The notes beneath the pieces are model-generated. The model was not told the DNA's origin. It ran no database searches and saw only the letters and a program-made list of their open reading frames with translations. This document shows, piece by piece, positions 54,197 to 63,844 of a stretch of DNA of 64,000 nt (position 1 is its first letter; each line of letters starts with the position of its first letter). The translations under genes were made by a program, and so were the position numbers. This stretch comes from a virus (lineage: Duplodnaviria > Caudoviricetes): the IMG/VR virus record IMGVR_UViG_3300033066_001528, positions 32,001 through 96,000 of that record; one strand, written 5' to 3'.

Positions 54197-55288
54197 TCAG
54201 GGGCGGGTTTTAATGTAGAACTTACCCTGGTACTTCTCGATGGCGGAAACAGGAGCACCCATAGTTGTTAGGTGTTCAAAAGCCTTTATATAACTATCCA
54301 GGGGCTCGTAATGAGTAACGAAAGACCAGCGAGACACCCCCTTTGGGACGGCGAAGTCTCTTTTTCGGACCATTGATGGGGTCACAGGGGGGGTGGATAA
54401 CTCTGGAACCTTGGATTCATACTCCATCAAGTGATCAAAAGCCCGATCTTTAGCTTTCTCCAAAGCATCAGCATAACGGTAAACATTGGTCTCGGACCCC
54501 ATCAGCAATTTTGACTGAAAAAAGACGAAACGTCGAAGGTCAGACGGATCCATAATGCGGGATAAAAACTTAAGCCTTGGCTCCTCATTTGCTTTCTGCA
54601 AATTCCAATCAAGAAAGCAACGCCACTTCTGACCGTAGATATCCGGCATATTATCGGAGAGTGTTTTTGAGGATCGAGCTAAAGCCACGTAAGCAACGTC
54701 AGGACCATATTTGTCCAGATCACCCCAAGAGACAAGAATGATGTTTTCCTGTCCTCTAGACCGATTGATTCTAGTCTTTACTTTGCGGGGTAGCCATTGC
54801 CTGGAAACACATTCCTTGAGAAACCCAACGGCATCGAACCAAACAGCCCCATCTTTTTGCGTTACAAACTCATCACCCAAAGTCTTTGAGGCAACATGAT
54901 TTGAATGGCCAAACATGACCCTACATGCAATTTTTGAAGCAAGCCTAGATTCGGCTGTCATGTCTCTTAGGTCAAAACATTTGTCAATAAGTTTTTTTCT
55001 CAGGGCTCGTAATTCCTGGGCTACCGATCTCGGATCATCGCCATCAATCCAACGAATCTGCAACTGACGAAGCTCATCATCCTTACCATCCATGAGGGAG
55101 AACCACTTACCCTTGTTGTCAAGAGAAACACCCTCTTCAAACAGCGCCTCAATTGTGAGAAAATGCTTACGAATACAATCCTCGCATCTTTTTCGAGGAT
55201 TATTCAAATGGTCCTCTAGAAGAGCCAACTGCTTGCAAACCTCTCTCATATTATAGAGAGGGTGCATGACGGGTAAAAGGTCAGCCAT
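54197..55288 (-). CDS. Hypothetical protein with an N-terminal Cys/His metal-binding-like domain
   Basis: REVCKQLALLEDHL...RCEDCIRKHF. Confidence 0.7.
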   Translation of the reverse strand: MADLLPVMHPLYNMREVCKQLALLEDHLNNPRKRCEDCIRKHFLTIEALFEEGVSLDNKGKWFSLMDGKDDELRQLQIRWIDGDDPRSVAQELRALRKKLIDKCFDLRDMTAESRLASKIACRVMFGHSNHVASKTLGDEFVTQKDGAVWFDAVGFLKECVSRQWLPRKVKTRINRSRGQENIILVSWGDLDKYGPDVAYVALARSSKTLSDNMPDIYGQKWRCFLDWNLQKANEEPRLKFLSRIMDPSDLRRFVFFQSKLLMGSETNVYRYADALEKAKDRAFDHLMEYESKVPELSTPPVTPSMVRKRDFAVPKGVSRWSFVTHYEPLDSYIKAFEHLTTMGAPVSAIEKYQGKFYIKTRP

Positions 55289-55915
55289 TCATCGTCTCGT
55301 ATTGCGTGTCACATAATTGCCAACAGCATAAGACAGGTCTTCGAAAGCAGACCTCAATTTCTCCCGAGCATCTTCTACCTGTTCGATCTCCTTGAGTATT
55401 TTTGGATCCATGGTTCCGCGAACATCCTGTAAGTATTGAAAAGTGGCTCCGGAGAAACTCTGGTACAGCCTCTTAAACCGAGATTCGGAAGAAATCAAAT
55501 CAGCAAGGGACCCGGCGAATTTTTCCATGAATACATTGATCTGCCTTCTCATGGACACAAGGCTAGCGTTATAGGCCGTAGGCACCCGACCCCCGGTCTG
55601 ATCAACGTTACGTTTGAAGATTTCTAGGACTTTATCAAGGTCACTGTTTGCCTGGATCAAAAGCTTCCTGACATCTTGAAGATTATCCTCATCAATGTCG
55701 GCAAGCCCCACTAGCCCATCCAGCCCTTTACGGAACCCTGACCCATAGGCATCCACGTATTCCAAAATACCGGAGGATGAAAGGGACAACATCCGAACGG
55801 AATGTACGAGATCATCTTCGGCATCCGAAGACTTTTTCAAAATCGGTAGTAGATGGGGCCGAAGCTCCGGATTAGAACGGGCTAGTTTGATAAGCTTAGA
55901 GCGGAGAGAAGGCAT
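55289..55915 (-). CDS. Leader-tagged helical protein
   Basis: MPSLRSKLIKLARSNPELRPHLLPILKKSS. Confidence 0.8.
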   Translation of the reverse strand: MPSLRSKLIKLARSNPELRPHLLPILKKSSDAEDDLVHSVRMLSLSSSGILEYVDAYGSGFRKGLDGLVGLADIDEDNLQDVRKLLIQANSDLDKVLEIFKRNVDQTGGRVPTAYNASLVSMRRQINVFMEKFAGSLADLISSESRFKRLYQSFSGATFQYLQDVRGTMDPKILKEIEQVEDAREKLRSAFEDLSYAVGNYVTRNTRR

Positions 55916-56119
55916 ACCCCCCACAGGCTATTGCAAAAAAAACGTCAGGAGTTGGAGGCCAACAAACCGATAACCAACCTCGGTGCCTATCCGTGGTAGG
56001 GGTCGATTTAAATACCCCTATATCCGAATTCGCTAAACCAATTCTCAAACTTGGTTGGATGTTCTCCAACCGAATTAAGTTGGACCGGAGGGAAGACCTA
56101 ACGTCGTCCCGGTATCAAC

Positions 56120-59100
56120 TCAAAACCTACCTTCCGGCTCCTCTTCCTTGGGCTTATATTTGAGCCCGAGATACCCGGCAATTTTCCCAACCACATCAGT
56201 ATTTTCAGCTAGGGCTCGACCAACCTCACTGTAAAGACCCCTGAGAACCTCGTTGAAAGACGAATCTTGAAGAGTGAGAACGTCGCGCTTGAGCTTCTCG
56301 GATGTAGTGAGAGGATCTATGTTGAGCAACTCAAGAATGACATCCACGTCCAGAGAGCCTTTCTGGTAAAGGTTGAAAAGGGCATCGAAAGTGTCACTGT
56401 TGTCCCGCAGGGCAAGGCGGGTGAAAGACAACGTAGGGGTGATGACTTCCTCGTTACCATCCTCATCAACCTCAATAAAACCCATTCGGCGACACATGGG
56501 TTCAAGCAACTTGTTCTGAACCATATCTTGGAGCTCCTCCCGAAGAAGCATGTATCTGGTGTTGATGACCTCCAGATTGATCCTGTCACCAGAATAAGAG
56601 GATTCACCAGAGAGAAGTGACTCTGTCACACCCAACCCTGCGTAAAGCTGCCTGTCGGTGATTTCGTACTCGGTCGAAAGTTCAAGGAGCCTCTGCTGGG
56701 AACCCATCTCTTCCCATCGAAGTTCAAAGTTTACAATGATAGAGTAATCAGGATCCTGGAGAGCATAGTCCACCTGTTCCCGAACCTCGTCCAGTTGGTC
56801 TGCGGAAGCCCCCTCCGCCATCACAATACGAATGGGAGTCATGTGTCTAGATGCAATGGAAGTTTGGGATTGCCTTAGCTTGTCGCGGTACACCAGAGTG
56901 TGAAGACAGTTCTTTATCATCACTTTGGAGGTAACAAGAGAGTGATCCCCTTTCACATCGAAGGAATAGACATCACCTGTATACGGAACTGAATCGATTT
57001 TTTCAACTTTCCGGGTTAAAAAACCGCTCCTAAACCTGGATTTCCATCCATTCACTTCTCGCCATTGGATCCGAGAACCTTTGATCGAACCCCTCTCGGC
57101 CCACTTGCGCACTCCCTCATAACGAGTGCACTCCAACACGGGGAAGGATTTATCGGGGTACTCGTAAGTCTTCTCAACCCAATCGTTCTTGACCTTGGAC
57201 CACCAGCGACGGGTCCAGCTATGTGCCTTCTTGTGGGTCCAACGTGTATGGGTAGGAATACCCACCCGATTACAAAGGAGATGTAGCTGGTGGATGAGGT
57301 TATGGTTGTCCAGGGTGACGGAGATGACGGATTGTCTACCGTGGGAGAGGTACCCATCCGTATCCAAAACCCCACGAAGGAGTGCTAGGATGTGACCCTC
57401 TGGCAGATCGAATACCCACCGTGGAATCCTCTTCGTCGTGCAGTCCCCCCCCATGGTATCCAGGAACCACCGAGCTAGCAATTGGTCTTTGAACCGAACT
57501 GACAGGTTGGATTGTTTCGTCCCCGTCCCATAGGGGGGCTCTATGATGGCCGCTCCAAAGTAGAGGGTAGCCAGTTTCAGGACCAGGGCATGGAGTTGGG
57601 GGTCTCCCTTCCCGAAGGTCCACCCAATGGATGCGACGTTCAGTCCATCGGTCGTTGTCCACACGTCCCCGTCTCCCAACCACGTACCAAGGAGGTAACA
57701 GAAAGCTTCATCCAGGGGGATGGTGTTCACGGGTGAGGTATAGGTCACCGTCTTAGGGGATGGTGGAGTGAGAGCATCCCCCATGGGATACCAACGGGTA
57801 GATTTACCCTTGCCTCTGGGGGAATCTTGGAGGATGATCTCCTCGGTCCTCAGTCCGTGGGTCTCCCTAAGCTGGTTGGCATATAGGATGACCGTTGATC
57901 GGGTCAGACCTGTCTGATTTGCAACTTCCTGGTAGGTAGCCACCGTTGATTCCGTGAGGTTGGTGAGCCATGTGGCCAGAGATTGCTTTTTACGCTTCGC
58001 TTTCCCAATGGACTTGTGGTCATTGGGGTAGGAGAAAGTGACACTCAGTCCGTTGTCCGTACTCACACTTTGAACCGTGAGGGTCCGGATTGGGGACCGT
58101 CGGGGTTGTGTGGTGAGGGTTCTTCCCTGCCACCAATGAGATAGATTGATCTCCGTGGGTGGTGGACCCTCTGGAATCACATGAGACTCCAACATGGTAT
58201 CCCCTGGTTGTAGTTTACCGGACTCTAACCAGACATCCTGGTCGCCCCGAACGCACAGGACTTTATGATCAGATGTCAACCGCAGTGGTGTCTCCTCCCC
58301 TTCCAGGTAGAGGTGGGTGACTGTCTCATCAACGGGCCGGGATCCTTTGGTAGCAGGTTGGAACCTACCCTTGTGGGTGAGCAGTAGATCCGTGGCCGTA
58401 TCGACCCCCTCCACAGGAACCTCCTGGATGACCCCATCTCTCTCAATCGTTACCGGGGTACCAGGGAGAAGGCACCTTTCCAGGATGGAGTGCCCATGTG
58501 GCTCATACTGGCTTTTTTTACGAGCCATACAATAGACAAAAGATCCGGCGTCCGGATCCGTATTTAGAGGAATGTTTCCCCCTTCCACGATGGCACCAAC
58601 GACATCTTGGGGCATGGAACGAACGATTCTCTCAGCATTTTCGTCTCCAGCAATGGCCCTGTTGACAATGTCTTTAGTTTTCGAGTCCGGGATAAGCTGA
58701 ACTAAAACCTCATCGGTAAAAGGGAATGCCTCCATGTGAATCTGCTCAGGAGGCATAACCCGGAGAGCCGTCCACCCCTTGTAATTCCTCCGCAACCATT
58801 TTTCAGCCCGTTCATCAGCGTCCGGATAAGGGACCTTTTTTTCAGTTGGGTCCCCGTTAGCGTCCAACTCTTGAATGGTCTCATGAGTAACGGATTCTGG
58901 CATATCCGGAGAAGTGTCCTCGGCAAAAACCCACACTTCACCTAAAAGATGGTAGTCATGTACAATCTCAATCAACCGATGTAGAAGACCTACTTTTTTC
59001 GCCCATTTTGTGCAGAAGTCAAGGGACTTGAGTGCAATGTCACGATTTTTCGCTTTGGGCATCCCAAGACGGATTTTGGAGAGTGGTAGTTCTGTATGTA

Positions 59101-59407
59101 AGTCCACCGCCTGACCAACAAAAGGATCGTAGGTATAAAAGTGGCGGAAAAAATTCCGCTTCTCATCAATAGATTGAGGGAGCTCTAAAAAGTCGGTGCT
59201 TAATTGAGGACTATAGAAGTTGCCACCCATACCCCCAACGGTGTTTCCCGTGGAGGGGTACGCAACTTTAGAGCGAAGCTTGTCTGTGGCCACCCTACGG
59301 GGCCTACCATTCTGAACGTGCTTCTTTGGAGGTATCTTCGCTACCTCCACTGCCTCTTCGGATGGCTTTGGTCTCCCGTTATGGATTATTTTCTTGGGGG
59401 TAGTCAT
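56120..59407 (-). CDS. Portal protein containing an intein
   Basis: Lies downstream of the terminase; FY..DPFVGQAVDLHTELPLS, DYHLLGEV, G.SILER, LGVTESLLSGE; about 570 aa after splicing. Confidence 0.85.
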   Translation of the reverse strand: MTTPKKIIHNGRPKPSEEAVEVAKIPPKKHVQNGRPRRVATDKLRSKVAYPSTGNTVGGMGGNFYSPQLSTDFLELPQSIDEKRNFFRHFYTYDPFVGQAVDLHTELPLSKIRLGMPKAKNRDIALKSLDFCTKWAKKVGLLHRLIEIVHDYHLLGEVWVFAEDTSPDMPESVTHETIQELDANGDPTEKKVPYPDADERAEKWLRRNYKGWTALRVMPPEQIHMEAFPFTDEVLVQLIPDSKTKDIVNRAIAGDENAERIVRSMPQDVVGAIVEGGNIPLNTDPDAGSFVYCMARKKSQYEPHGHSILERCLLPGTPVTIERDGVIQEVPVEGVDTATDLLLTHKGRFQPATKGSRPVDETVTHLYLEGEETPLRLTSDHKVLCVRGDQDVWLESGKLQPGDTMLESHVIPEGPPPTEINLSHWWQGRTLTTQPRRSPIRTLTVQSVSTDNGLSVTFSYPNDHKSIGKAKRKKQSLATWLTNLTESTVATYQEVANQTGLTRSTVILYANQLRETHGLRTEEIILQDSPRGKGKSTRWYPMGDALTPPSPKTVTYTSPVNTIPLDEAFCYLLGTWLGDGDVWTTTDGLNVASIGWTFGKGDPQLHALVLKLATLYFGAAIIEPPYGTGTKQSNLSVRFKDQLLARWFLDTMGGDCTTKRIPRWVFDLPEGHILALLRGVLDTDGYLSHGRQSVISVTLDNHNLIHQLHLLCNRVGIPTHTRWTHKKAHSWTRRWWSKVKNDWVEKTYEYPDKSFPVLECTRYEGVRKWAERGSIKGSRIQWREVNGWKSRFRSGFLTRKVEKIDSVPYTGDVYSFDVKGDHSLVTSKVMIKNCLHTLVYRDKLRQSQTSIASRHMTPIRIVMAEGASADQLDEVREQVDYALQDPDYSIIVNFELRWEEMGSQQRLLELSTEYEITDRQLYAGLGVTESLLSGESSYSGDRINLEVINTRYMLLREELQDMVQNKLLEPMCRRMGFIEVDEDGNEEVITPTLSFTRLALRDNSDTFDALFNLYQKGSLDVDVILELLNIDPLTTSEKLKRDVLTLQDSSFNEVLRGLYSEVGRALAENTDVVGKIAGYLGLKYKPKEEEPEGRF
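56909..58474 (-). mobile_element. Intein (522 aa) with LAGLIDADG homing endonuclease in the portal
   Basis: CLLPGT start, LTSDH block B, LGTWLGDG and LRGVLDTDG, VYSFDV, IKN/C end. Confidence 0.9.
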
Positions 59408-59703
59408 TCGGATTCAGCCTCGGGTACTAGCGGTGTATCTTGCACTTTTGGCTTCCTTTCTTTAAGGACAGGCTTTTCTTCCTCTATAATCGATTGAATC
59501 CTTCGAACTCGATCCATGGAATAGAGAGTACGGGTTAAGTCATCCCTTGTGGACCTTGAAGAACGAGCTAGAAGAGGTTCTTTTCTCGCAACCTCGTCAC
59601 ACAACCGTAAGGCATCAATAAGAATCCTTCTGGCATCATCAACCTTCCGTTGAATGAGCTTATCCATAGGGTGGGTTGAAAGGGTGGACCTAAGTCTACT
59701 CAT
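59404..59703 (-). CDS. Hypothetical small protein
   Basis: Overlaps both neighbours; lies between terminase and portal. Confidence 0.6.
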   Translation of the reverse strand: MSRLRSTLSTHPMDKLIQRKVDDARRILIDALRLCDEVARKEPLLARSSRSTRDDLTRTLYSMDRVRRIQSIIEEEKPVLKERKPKVQDTPLVPEAESE

Positions 59704-59941
59704 TGGATTTAGTCAGATGACCCGTCTTATAGGCTACACGGAGGACCCTCTTCAAGAGCCCCAAATCCTTAGCGGACCCCAAAAAAAGCTTCTCCCAAGA
59801 TCCACCAGCTTTAGCAAATACCGAAGCCACCTTCAAATATTCGTCCCCTTTGGGGGTCACGTCACCACCATAGGTAGCCGTAAGAAGTCGTCTGATAACT
59901 CTGTGGTCGGCTCGGATAGGACTTTCCACTGTAACCTTCAT
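59696..59941 (-). CDS. Hypothetical small basic protein
   Basis: ATGA overlap with the terminase stop. Confidence 0.6.
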   Translation of the reverse strand: MKVTVESPIRADHRVIRRLLTATYGGDVTPKGDEYLKVASVFAKAGGSWEKLFLGSAKDLGLLKRVLRVAYKTGHLTKSNE

Positions 59942-62900
59942 CGGAACCTCCCCCGAGTGAACCCTCCCGGCCTACGGGGAATCATTCTTGATTCATGAGA
60001 TCCGGAGCGAAGAAGTTTCTGACGAAGAGATAATGCAGGGGCAATCATCGGAAGGTGAGCCCCATGACCTTGGGCTTTACCAAAGGCTACCAGTCTAGAC
60101 ATTTTGTTGCTGGCCAACCACACCATACGGACCAAAGCATCGGATCTGTCATCATGCTTCCCTTCCATATTAGGAGCTTCAACTACTGTCACATATTTGC
60201 TCACGTATTGGGCTTGAAGCTCAGTGAGCTCTTTGAGGTAATCACAGAAGTCCTCCCCTTGAGGGATAGGCCAGTTATACAGAGCAAGCCTCTTATCCCA
60301 CATCATATCCTTGAAATTCTGATACATTTGAGAAGCAAGAATCTTTGTCATGGGAGTGGCCTTCATTTGATTCAAGCCACGTTTCATTAGAGCCTGTTCA
60401 AATGGAATGCCCGCCCACTGGTCAAAAATACCTTCCTGGATATAGAATTTCTTAGACAGATCCAGAACCCAATCAGCCACCTCGTCAAATTCAAGGCGCT
60501 CTCTATCCGAGTACTTGCCCTCACCAGCCTTCATCTGTTCCACCATATCAAGGTGGATAACACCGTCACTATCATTGTGTCCTATTGCAACCGCGGTCCC
60601 GTCGCCTACCAGACCCAAGTCTAAGCCAAGGAAATGGGGGTATCGGGGAGCACCGCGAACAACGGGTCTGGCATCTAACCTAACACATGCTTTCAAATCA
60701 TCCTTGCGCTCAATCCAGCCTCGTGTACGGTCGCTGAACTCTGCCCCGAACTCAGTAGCAAATACAGTAGCCCCTTTGGCATAGCTTGATTCGAGGAAGG
60801 AAGCCTCGATTGAAGAGTTGACCTCCCAGGTTGGTGCCTGGATGCATAACATATCTTCGGCGGGTTTGCCCCCGGACATTCCAATCTGGAACATCTTGTA
60901 GAAAAACCCCTGACATCCCATGGGGCTGCTAATAAGAATCATCCGGGCCTCTACGGGCCCTAAAGCCTTGGTCTTATCTTTAGGGTCCTTTGGGGAGTAG
61001 GCGGCTTGAGATGGGTACACCGCGTCGTACACGGATTCAGCCGAAGACTGTCCGTTATCCGTAAAGTGCGCAACCTCATCTAAAACAACAACAATGTTAC
61101 CTGCACCACGCAAACCTTTAGCAACGCAAGATCGGAAAGTGACCTTCAAAGTAGCTTTGGCGCCCGGGTTGTCGGCATAACTGCCATACTTAGCAATGTC
61201 CGAAGGTGTTTGAAATCTAGCGTAAGATTGTGTGTTGTTAGCTGTATAGGGAGCAAAAAAATTGCAGGATCGAAAGTGACCGCTAGCCTCTTGATAAAGA
61301 AGACCCGCCTGATCTTTGTCCGTAGCAACCGCAATTAACTGGATGTTGTTAATTGCAGGCAGACCATAATATTTCTGAGGATCCCCTTTTAGGATGAGCT
61401 TGTAAACCTCATACCCGAAAATACAAGCACTAATCGTAGTGTTGTGATTTGTCAACCCATTAGCTACAAAGCTTTCCCCCTCCGGAACATTCAAATCATA
61501 TACCCTTGCTTCTCCAGAGGATACATTGACCACGGGGTCAAAGAAATAATCTGACTCCAAAATCTTCCAGAAATGAGATACAACGGAAGAGTCTAGACCC
61601 CAAACCTTAGCAAGTGGAAGGATCTTTTGGATTCTATTGTAAGTAGCTTCTTCGGAGCTCCCTGGCTTGATGATATTGCCAAAAGCCTTTCGAAACATAC
61701 CAACAGTTCCCTTTGGACTATCCTCTGGTATAGACTTCAATAATCGAAGAAACCATTCACGTTGATAAGGAACGGATTCGGTATCCCCCCCCTCCCTATC
61801 TACGTCCAATAAACCTATGTGTAAAGGAACACTCTTTTTGGCAGAGCGGAATCCAATCTCCCGAGCGAAGGTTTTTCGAGATCGGAGGCCCAGCAAAATA
61901 AGTTCGTAGTATGTCCGGTTATATTTTTTGACATATTTGTGACGAATTCTGGAAATAACCCCAAAATTCAATAAGAGAACCTGAGTCTCTTTCGCAAGAG
62001 TTTCGGAAGCTGTGCAGAATGAGACGGTTTTTCCATTTTTGGTGACAGATCCATCAGTCTCAAACAACCCTTGAAGGTAAGCCTTAACCACATCCCTAGG
62101 AGACCGTAAAATAACCCAAGGAGTCTTTTTTGTGTCGGCCTTAGAACCCCAATCAAATCCAAGATTATGGAGAAATTCCCTCATTGCCTTATCATGGGTG
62201 CGAAGGGAACCCGTCTGCTTCGTTCTCTTATCCGGCTGGAAAGAAACTTTGCCAAAAAGATCCTGAAAAAGACCGCTAACTTCTTGACGAGTTTCTGGAT
62301 GCTCGACAGTAACGGCCATGCCACTGCGCGCAGTCCAAGACCCATCCCCAACCAAATACCCCATAAGCAAACCCCACTTGGCACCAAACATTTCTGGCTG
62401 GGGGCAAAATTTATTCCTCACCGACCCTACCATATAAGGTCGGGTGTCAACGTAATTAGAGGCCCAAAAATCAGTATTCCGGTGGACGGCTAAAAAGTCA
62501 CCAACCTGAATTTGGTCTAATCTTTTCCAATCAACCACACCATTGGGTCCAAGAACCCTGACTCGGTGATTCCCCGTCCCCTCTACCCCCATTCCACAAT
62601 AGGAACCAATTTTAATTGTTGGACGAACTCCGCCATTATAGAAGTAAGCCGACCGAGACCTGGAAGACCCCTCTTGGGAAACCCCTATGGACAAAGGCTG
62701 CACTTCAGGTCCCAAGGGGTCACCTAGAGAAGCAAGGGGGAAGATACCGGAATCCGTAAGGACCAGGGTATCACCCACCACACATTTCCCGGACCTCCTA
62801 CCCAAACTCAGACACATCTTTGGTAGTTGCTTGCCCGGGATGACCTCCTTGATATTGGAACGGCTCTCACTATAAAGGTACTCAAGGTATTGCTTTTCAG

Positions 62901-63120
62901 TCATCTGTCTTGGGTTCTGTCGTCTCCAATCAGTGACGGTAAAAGTATCCTTGTCATCTAGGGGTATGCCGTAGTGAGCTTTGATAATGATTCGCTGGAC
63001 GGGGAAGAGTTTCATCTTCAACCCCCAGTCACTCTCCATGAATTCCAATGGGCCAACCGGAACATTGCTCATAGGCGTTGCCGCCCGAGCTCCGGCTAAT
63101 ATTGCGCTCCCAAGAGTCAT
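59938..63120 (-). CDS. terL: Terminase large subunit containing an intein
   Basis: Walker A GRRSGK/TT split by the intein; Walker B VVVLDE, ISSP, nuclease LGLDLG...DQW...HDDRSDA. Confidence 0.92.
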   Translation of the reverse strand: MTLGSAILAGARAATPMSNVPVGPLEFMESDWGLKMKLFPVQRIIIKAHYGIPLDDKDTFTVTDWRRQNPRQMTEKQYLEYLYSESRSNIKEVIPGKQLPKMCLSLGRRSGKCVVGDTLVLTDSGIFPLASLGDPLGPEVQPLSIGVSQEGSSRSRSAYFYNGGVRPTIKIGSYCGMGVEGTGNHRVRVLGPNGVVDWKRLDQIQVGDFLAVHRNTDFWASNYVDTRPYMVGSVRNKFCPQPEMFGAKWGLLMGYLVGDGSWTARSGMAVTVEHPETRQEVSGLFQDLFGKVSFQPDKRTKQTGSLRTHDKAMREFLHNLGFDWGSKADTKKTPWVILRSPRDVVKAYLQGLFETDGSVTKNGKTVSFCTASETLAKETQVLLLNFGVISRIRHKYVKKYNRTYYELILLGLRSRKTFAREIGFRSAKKSVPLHIGLLDVDREGGDTESVPYQREWFLRLLKSIPEDSPKGTVGMFRKAFGNIIKPGSSEEATYNRIQKILPLAKVWGLDSSVVSHFWKILESDYFFDPVVNVSSGEARVYDLNVPEGESFVANGLTNHNTTISACIFGYEVYKLILKGDPQKYYGLPAINNIQLIAVATDKDQAGLLYQEASGHFRSCNFFAPYTANNTQSYARFQTPSDIAKYGSYADNPGAKATLKVTFRSCVAKGLRGAGNIVVVLDEVAHFTDNGQSSAESVYDAVYPSQAAYSPKDPKDKTKALGPVEARMILISSPMGCQGFFYKMFQIGMSGGKPAEDMLCIQAPTWEVNSSIEASFLESSYAKGATVFATEFGAEFSDRTRGWIERKDDLKACVRLDARPVVRGAPRYPHFLGLDLGLVGDGTAVAIGHNDSDGVIHLDMVEQMKAGEGKYSDRERLEFDEVADWVLDLSKKFYIQEGIFDQWAGIPFEQALMKRGLNQMKATPMTKILASQMYQNFKDMMWDKRLALYNWPIPQGEDFCDYLKELTELQAQYVSKYVTVVEAPNMEGKHDDRSDALVRMVWLASNKMSRLVAFGKAQGHGAHLPMIAPALSLRQKLLRSGSHESRMIPRRPGGFTRGRFR
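61441..62784 (-). mobile_element. Intein (448 aa) with LAGLIDADG endonuclease in the terminase P-loop
   Basis: CVVGDT start, TGNH, MGYLVGDG and LQGLFETDG, VYDLNV, HN/T end. Confidence 0.93.
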
Positions 63121-63121
63121 A

Positions 63122-63844
63122 TCAGCTTTCCTTCATTCTGGACTTGAGCTCATTTTTCCAGGAAGGGTCATCCATTGCCTTCACCAGATGATTGAAAACA
63201 GAGTTAATCATCGCCTCATGAAGCCCGGCAGATTGCATAGCCCCGGAAAAAGTCTCCGACATAAATCTCAAAACAGCTTCAAAAACCGGAGATTCAATAT
63301 CGATGGATCTGCTTTGAAGTTGCTCTTTCCGCTTGATCCAAGAGTCCCCAAGGGCTTTGAGCACCTGAGCTCGCCTCATAGATAGAGTGCTTGTATCCTG
63401 CCCCTGACGTTCGGCTTCCATTCGTTCAAACCTCATGGAAGCCTGCTCCTCGGCCAAACCCATAATAACCTGATGCAGAACATCAGTTGATTCAGGAGTA
63501 TCCTGGGCTACCTGTACGATAGCATCCGAGCGGATTGTGGCGGCTTTGACCTTAATCAGGTCCCCAACTGCCGGAGTGGCTGGTGGTAGAACATCAGACA
63601 ACTCCACTTTAGGTGGGCGACCAATTTTGGAAATGAAAGTTGGCTTACCAGACCTGTCTAGGTCTGGTGTATCGGTAGTGAAAATCTCATCGAGTTTTCT
63701 CCAGCGAACAGCCCCCTTTTCGTCAATGACTTTAATTCGAGTGCTGCCCGGTGGGACAAGAAACCCGAACACTTTTTGAGTTGGGGTCTCTAGCGGCTCA
63801 AGATCCTCAATAGGAAGAAGTCCGGGATCTTTCTGTGAACTCAT
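63122..63844 (-). CDS. Putative terminase small subunit
   Basis: Directly upstream of terL; GRP motif and helical C-terminal half; positional inference. Confidence 0.45.
   Translation of the reverse strand: MSSQKDPGLLPIEDLEPLETPTQKVFGFLVPPGSTRIKVIDEKGAVRWRKLDEIFTTDTPDLDRSGKPTFISKIGRPPKVELSDVLPPATPAVGDLIKVKAATIRSDAIVQVAQDTPESTDVLHQVIMGLAEEQASMRFERMEAERQGQDTSTLSMRRAQVLKALGDSWIKRKEQLQSRSIDIESPVFEAVLRFMSETFSGAMQSAGLHEAMINSVFNHLVKAMDDPSWKNELKSRMKES

Noticed and set aside
1640-55915. Leader repeats as a CRISPR array, IS ends or DGR repeats
   Set aside because: Copies are dispersed, in frame, and conserved mainly at protein level with synonymous variation; there are no spacers, terminal inverted repeats or reverse transcriptase in the window.
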